A stretch of 64,000 nt of DNA from Promethearchaeota archaeon (lineage in GTDB: Archaea; Asgardarchaeota; Heimdallarchaeia; Hodarchaeales; Hodarchaeaceae): positions 119,318 to 183,317 of the forward strand of contig JBHLMN010000005.1 of NCBI GenBank assembly GCA_048938105.1, given 5' to 3'. Of this stretch, positions 59,326-64,000 are shown one piece after another (positions within the stretch are counted from its first letter, which is position 1; each line of letters opens with the position of its first letter). The notes below the pieces were generated by a model. That model ran no database searches. It worked only from the letters and a program-made list of their open reading frames with translations, and was not told the origin of the DNA. The position numbers and the translations under genes are program-made.

Positions 59326-62250
59326 ATGTTGGAGCTTCACCCGGATGTCCCAATATCATTAAATCGTTTAGCGGAACTAGCTGAACAGGAGACAAACGAG
59401 TGCGAAGAGAATATTAGGAGATTATTAAGAGAAGGGGAGATAGTAGGGAAATACTTTGAATTCGAACAAGTGTTTATTCTGGGAGAGACAACACTTTATT
59501 GTCAATTTGATGAAAGAAAGTTCTCAACATCAACGCCTCACTATACCTGTTCGTCCTGTGGAAGGCATGTATGCGGTTGGTGTGTTGGAAAACAGCTTAC
59601 AATTGGATTTGTTGTTTGTCCTAACTGCAATACAAAGTTTGATCCGAATCCTATAATTAAATCAATGGAAATGTCTATGGATAATTATAAAAGAAAATAC
59701 GGAGAGGGTCTCGGTTTTATATCGGAGGAAAAATGGAATGAAGCCTCAGAAGTTTTCCAAGAAATACTTGCAGATAACTACAATGATGATTTAGCTTGGT
59801 TCAACCTAGGGTTCGTCTTAAGCGAACGAGATAAGTATAAAGATGCACTTTATTGTTTAAAAAAAGCCAATGAGCTAAGACCAAATAATCTGACAACACT
59901 TCTAAAATGGGGGATAACACTTCATAAAATGGCTCATGTCGAAGAAGCCATTGAAAAGTATCAAGCTGCTGAGAGGGTACGTCCAAATTATCCTCCTACT
60001 CTATTAAAATTGGCGAATGCGCTTACTGAGTTAAAATATACAGAGGAAGCGTTAAAAAAGTGTGAAACTGTTGATAAATTGCAGTTGAACCATCCTAAAA
60101 CTCTCGCAGACTTGGGAGATGCTTATTTAGATTTAAAAAATGTTAAGAAAGCTATAAAGAAATACAAAGCTGCAACCGAACTAGGACACAACCATCCCTC
60201 AACAGTTATGAATTGGGGGAAGGCTCTATATGCCTTAGCTCGTATAGATAAAGCGTTAAAAAAGTTTCAGGAAGCAGATAAATTACAACCAAACCACCCT
60301 GGTATTCTCGTAAACCTTGGAATAGCACTTTATGCCTCAGGTCGTGAAGAGGAAGCTGTACAGAAGTTCCAAGCTGCAAATAAACTACGACCATATCATT
60401 CATTAACGATCTATAACTGGGCTAAAGCGCTCTATAAGTTGGGTCGTTTAGAGGAAGCTATAGGAAAATATCAAGCTATAAACGAACTACAACCTAACAA
60501 TCCCTCAATACTTGTAAATTGGGGTATAGCACTTGATGAATCGGGTCGTTCAGAGGAAGCTATACAAAAATATCAAGCTGCAGACAAACTACGGCCGAAC
60601 CACCCTGATATTCTTATGAACTGGGGGATAGCACTCCGTCAGATAGGTAATTCGGAGGAAGCTATAGAAAAATATCAAGCTGCAGATAATCTAAGACCTA
60701 ACCGCCCTGACACTCTCGTAAACTGGGGTATAGCTCTTAGTAATTTGGGTCGTACAAAAGAAGCCATACGGAAGTATAAAGCTGCATCTAAACTATTTCC
60801 AAGACAACCATTGGCGTTCTATAACTGGGGTTTAATTTTCTATAAGATGGGTCGCCTGAAAGAAGCCATAAAGAAATTCCAAGCTGCAAATAAATTTAAA
60901 TCAAAATTCCCAGAGGTTTTCATAAATTGGGGAAATGTACTTGGGAGCATGGGGCGACCAAAGGAAGCTATAAAGAAATTCCAAACTGCAGATAAATTAC
61001 GACCGAACAACCCCGATATTTTCTATAATTGGGGTAAAATGCTCCAAAGCGCGGGTTTTTTAGAAGAAGCCATACAGAAGTACGGACTTGCATATAAACT
61101 ACGACCAAACCATTCATTGACCCTCATAAATTGGGGTCTTGCACTCGATGAGTTGGGATATTCAAGGGAAGCCATACAGAGGTACCAAGCTGCGGATAAA
61201 GTACAACCAAGAAATCCTGATACTCTCATGAATTGGGGTATAACACTCCGTAGCTTGGGTCGTTCAGAAGAAGCCTTACGGAAGTACCAAGCTGCGGATA
61301 AATTACGACCGAATCACCCTGATACTCTCGTGAATTGGGGTATAGCGCTCCGTAGCTTGGGTCGTTCAGAAGAAGCATTACGGAAGTACCAAGCTGCGGA
61401 TGAATTACGACCGAACCATCCATTAACACTCTCAAATTGGGGTATAGCACTTCGTACTTTAGGCCGTTCTGAAGAAGCATTACAGAAGCACAAAATTGCC
61501 AATGAATTACATCCAGGAAACCCTGACATTATACTGAACTGGGGGATAACGCTTCGTACTTTGGGGCGTACTGAGGAAGCATTACAGAAGTTTCAAGCTG
61601 CAAACAAACAACGGCCGAACCACCCATCAACACTTGTAAACTGGGGGATTGCACTATATGAGTTAGGCCATACAGAAGAAGCATTACGGAAGTTTCAAGT
61701 TGCGGATGAACAACGGCCGAACCACCCACCGACACTTGTAAATTGGGGGATTGTACTCGATGAGTTGGGTCGTTCACAGGGAGCATTACGGAAGTTTAAG
61801 GCCGCAGCTAAAGTGCAACCGAGAAATCCTGATATCCTCGTGAACTGGGGGATTGCACTAGACAAATCAGGATATTCAGAGGAAGCAATACAAAAATACC
61901 AAGCTGCAGACAGAATACAACCGAGAAATCCTGATATTCTCGTGAATTGGGGCATTGCACTCCGTCGTCTTGGTCGTTCCGAGGAGGCCATCCAGAAGTA
62001 CCAAGATGCGAATAAACTACGACCGAATCATTCATTAACGCTATACAACTGGGGTATTGCGCTCCGTAGTATCGGTCATGCGGAGGAGGCCATCCAGAAG
62101 TACCAAGCTGCTTACGAGTTACAACCGGAAAATATGTCGATCCTATATAACTGGGGAAATGCGCTATATGAGGTGGGACATATTGAGGAAGCCATAAAAA
62201 AATGGGTTGCCAGTATAAGAGGTAGTGTGGAGGATCAGAAGCTAAAATAG
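59326..62250 (+). CDS. N-terminal wHTH-like + RING/FYVE-like Zn finger + ~25 TPR repeats
   Basis: CQFD..CSSCGRHVCGWC..CPNC, then contiguous 34-aa repeats of consensus PDTLVNWGIALxxLGRSEEAIQKYQAADKLRPNH. Confidence 0.9.
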   Translation: MLELHPDVPISLNRLAELAEQETNECEENIRRLLREGEIVGKYFEFEQVFILGETTLYCQFDERKFSTSTPHYTCSSCGRHVCGWCVGKQLTIGFVVCPNCNTKFDPNPIIKSMEMSMDNYKRKYGEGLGFISEEKWNEASEVFQEILADNYNDDLAWFNLGFVLSERDKYKDALYCLKKANELRPNNLTTLLKWGITLHKMAHVEEAIEKYQAAERVRPNYPPTLLKLANALTELKYTEEALKKCETVDKLQLNHPKTLADLGDAYLDLKNVKKAIKKYKAATELGHNHPSTVMNWGKALYALARIDKALKKFQEADKLQPNHPGILVNLGIALYASGREEEAVQKFQAANKLRPYHSLTIYNWAKALYKLGRLEEAIGKYQAINELQPNNPSILVNWGIALDESGRSEEAIQKYQAADKLRPNHPDILMNWGIALRQIGNSEEAIEKYQAADNLRPNRPDTLVNWGIALSNLGRTKEAIRKYKAASKLFPRQPLAFYNWGLIFYKMGRLKEAIKKFQAANKFKSKFPEVFINWGNVLGSMGRPKEAIKKFQTADKLRPNNPDIFYNWGKMLQSAGFLEEAIQKYGLAYKLRPNHSLTLINWGLALDELGYSREAIQRYQAADKVQPRNPDTLMNWGITLRSLGRSEEALRKYQAADKLRPNHPDTLVNWGIALRSLGRSEEALRKYQAADELRPNHPLTLSNWGIALRTLGRSEEALQKHKIANELHPGNPDIILNWGITLRTLGRTEEALQKFQAANKQRPNHPSTLVNWGIALYELGHTEEALRKFQVADEQRPNHPPTLVNWGIVLDELGRSQGALRKFKAAAKVQPRNPDILVNWGIALDKSGYSEEAIQKYQAADRIQPRNPDILVNWGIALRRLGRSEEAIQKYQDANKLRPNHSLTLYNWGIALRSIGHAEEAIQKYQAAYELQPENMSILYNWGNALYEVGHIEEAIKKWVASIRGSVEDQKLK
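60190..62205 (+). repeat. 102-bp-period coding tandem repeats (TPR array)
   Basis: Recurrent AA(C/T)TGGGG..ATAGCACT and GAAGC..TACCAAGCTGC every 102 nt. The units at about 61216-61420 are near-identical at DNA level. Confidence 0.9.
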
Positions 62251-62303
62251 TAGCTATATGATAGATCATACCTTGAATCATTATTGCAATCTACTATTAG
62301 GTA

Positions 62304-63998
62304 TCATAATATATCTGATAAGGTCTGTCTTGTTTTTATCAAGATAACAATGATATTAGATAGAATTATTCCAAATATAATACTCAGATCTGAAGATGGG
62401 AAAATTATCAGGCCTCCTATATTGGTTGATTGAAATAATTCTATTTGTGTCATCATCAGGATCCCCATCATCGAACCCAAAAAACTAGCAAATACGCTCA
62501 TGATAACTAATTGAACAGATATCATTATATAAATTTGCATCAAGGATCCTCCTAACCTTTTTATGGATTGTAAGCTCCTGTAGTTCATTATAATTGGATA
62601 TGAAATTACAGAAGAAACATTCAACAGGGATAATGCTGCTATTATGAGTACTAATGCTATCAGTGAAGTTTTTGCTACTTCTAACGCCCCACCTAGGAAA
62701 CTTTCCATATAGTCTGTAGATTCTACTACATCAATATTAGTTCTACCTCTTCGATTCACTGAAGAAGCTAAATCATAATTAATTTCAGTTGGCATCTTTA
62801 AAGTTAATGAAATTGATTTTTTCTCTTCTGCGAAACTTATTAACACTGTTTCATAAACAGTATTTCTAATTAATGCTGTTACAGAGTAATTTCCCCACGG
62901 TAGATCTAAAAATGTAATAGTAGCATTTTGGGTTGTTATACCTGTTCTTGAAATATTAAACAGGATGTTTTGAATGACTATTCTTGCTCCTACTATTCTT
63001 CTGCCTTCTGAAGACATAACCTTTAGAATCAATTTACCTGTAAGATCTAAAGTTTCCCCTACAATGTAGACTTGACTTTCCATAAATGATACATTAAATT
63101 CTCGTTTGAAATCAAAATGTTCAATTGAAATAGAATAATTCCCTAAAGGGATTGTTACTACTGATTTTCCTGATGTGTTGGTAGTAAATTTTTTAAAAAT
63201 GCTTCCATTATAAAAGATTGTAACATTAGTTCCTTCAATAGGAATATTACTTGAAGTTCTAAATAGAAATTTCAATTTTACATCTCCTAAAGGGATGTTC
63301 ACAAATGTTGTCTCTTGAGAAATTTCAATTTCCTTATGCCACTTATAATGGTTATATGTAGCATTAAGATAGTAATTTCCAGAATTGTTTAATAAGAATC
63401 TGACAATCCCATCATCATTTGTAAAAGATGTGTTTATGATCTCACTATCATTGTAAAGGTCTATTTTACAATTGCTTAAGCCATTTAATTCAAGAGTTTC
63501 TATTGTACCGTTGTATGCTCTGATTTCCACCCAATAGATCTCGGTTTGATTTGGTGATAGGAATTTTAAAGGTATTATTGTTGAAGAATCAAAAAAAATT
63601 GTTGTAGAAATAGAATTATTATTCTGTGGATTTTCAGCAGTTACCATATAATTGAATCCAGTTTCTAGCTCAAAAATTACTTTACTTTGGCTATTAGTCT
63701 TCATATAGTCGATCAGGACACCTTTAGAATAAATTGAAACATTCACATTTTCAATAACTTCCCCCTTATAACCAAGGACGTTGATTTCTAATTTTCCCTT
63801 TCCAATGTAAATTTGATTACTGGTATTAGCAGAAATTGTTTGATTCCATGATCTTACTTTCTCTCCTATCGAATAATTAACCAAATAAATTCCAGGTTCA
63901 TCTATATACAATATCTCTTTACTATCATATTGGAGCCAGGTGAGATTATTCGTTGGATATAGTAACTGAGTCGGATTGCTCGAATTTATGAGCTGTAT
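62304..63998 (-). CDS. FtsX-like ABC permease with repeated carboxypeptidase-regulatory/prealbumin-like extracellular domains (5' end beyond window)
   Basis: Repeated IEG/NxNVxI..TNxxG..G.Y beta-sandwich units; C-terminal TMs with SIKRLGGS (FtsX-like). The frame is open to the window edge. Confidence 0.8.
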   Translation of the reverse strand: MQLINSSNPTQLLYPTNNLTWLQYDSKEILYIDEPGIYLVNYSIGEKVRSWNQTISANTSNQIYIGKGKLEINVLGYKGEVIENVNVSIYSKGVLIDYMKTNSQSKVIFELETGFNYMVTAENPQNNNSISTTIFFDSSTIIPLKFLSPNQTEIYWVEIRAYNGTIETLELNGLSNCKIDLYNDSEIINTSFTNDDGIVRFLLNNSGNYYLNATYNHYKWHKEIEISQETTFVNIPLGDVKLKFLFRTSSNIPIEGTNVTIFYNGSIFKKFTTNTSGKSVVTIPLGNYSISIEHFDFKREFNVSFMESQVYIVGETLDLTGKLILKVMSSEGRRIVGARIVIQNILFNISRTGITTQNATITFLDLPWGNYSVTALIRNTVYETVLISFAEEKKSISLTLKMPTEINYDLASSVNRRGRTNIDVVESTDYMESFLGGALEVAKTSLIALVLIIAALSLLNVSSVISYPIIMNYRSLQSIKRLGGSLMQIYIMISVQLVIMSVFASFLGSMMGILMMTQIELFQSTNIGGLIIFPSSDLSIIFGIILSNIIVILIKTRQTLSDIL

Positions 63999-64000
63999 TT

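Noticed and set aside
60190-62205. CRISPR array or non-coding tandem repeat
   Set aside because: The 102-bp period is in frame and degenerate at third positions; these are TPR-coding repeats. The antisense ORFs here are shadows.
1-64000. tRNA, rRNA, CRISPR arrays, prophage or integrase genes
   Set aside because: None recognised by eye; a covariance-model scan would be needed to exclude small RNAs in the larger intergenic gaps.

Overview
AT-rich archaeal chromosomal window, inferred to be from an Asgard archaeon (Heimdallarchaeia/Hodarchaeales-like). The inference rests on a crenarchaeal-type single-OB SSB, a REC-DUF835-like-wHTH regulator, several PGF-CTERM-like surface proteins and a giant surface protein with a longin/uDENN-like cytoplasmic tail. 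The window opens in the 3' end of a TnpB-encoding IS element (IS607-like) and ends inside an FtsX-like permease gene. Most of it is accessory metabolism, transport and regulation: oligopeptidase B, MsrA, ArsM/PadR, ABC systems, TetR and Lrp regulators, a two-component pair, SSB plus DEAD-box helicase and secreted hydrolases. The standout is a compact minus-strand ubiquitin-type conjugation operon (6157-9353): JAMM peptidase (+ degenerate E2/RWD-like domain), E1 (ThiF family, apparently without the usual thioester Cys) and two paralogous E2s with intact Cys. It encodes no beta-grasp ubiquitin. Instead it is headed by an unannotated 33-codon ORF with a good SD, encoding an acidic/Lys-rich, probably disordered peptide that is the candidate modifier or substrate. 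Other points: a HAD gene with an in-frame TGA, a duplicated ABC-gene 3' end bracketing a Kelch gene (integration scar), three clear operator arrays, and a Zn-finger + ~25-TPR protein. No tRNA, rRNA or CRISPR array was recognised. All family calls come from motif recognition by eye, not from database searches.
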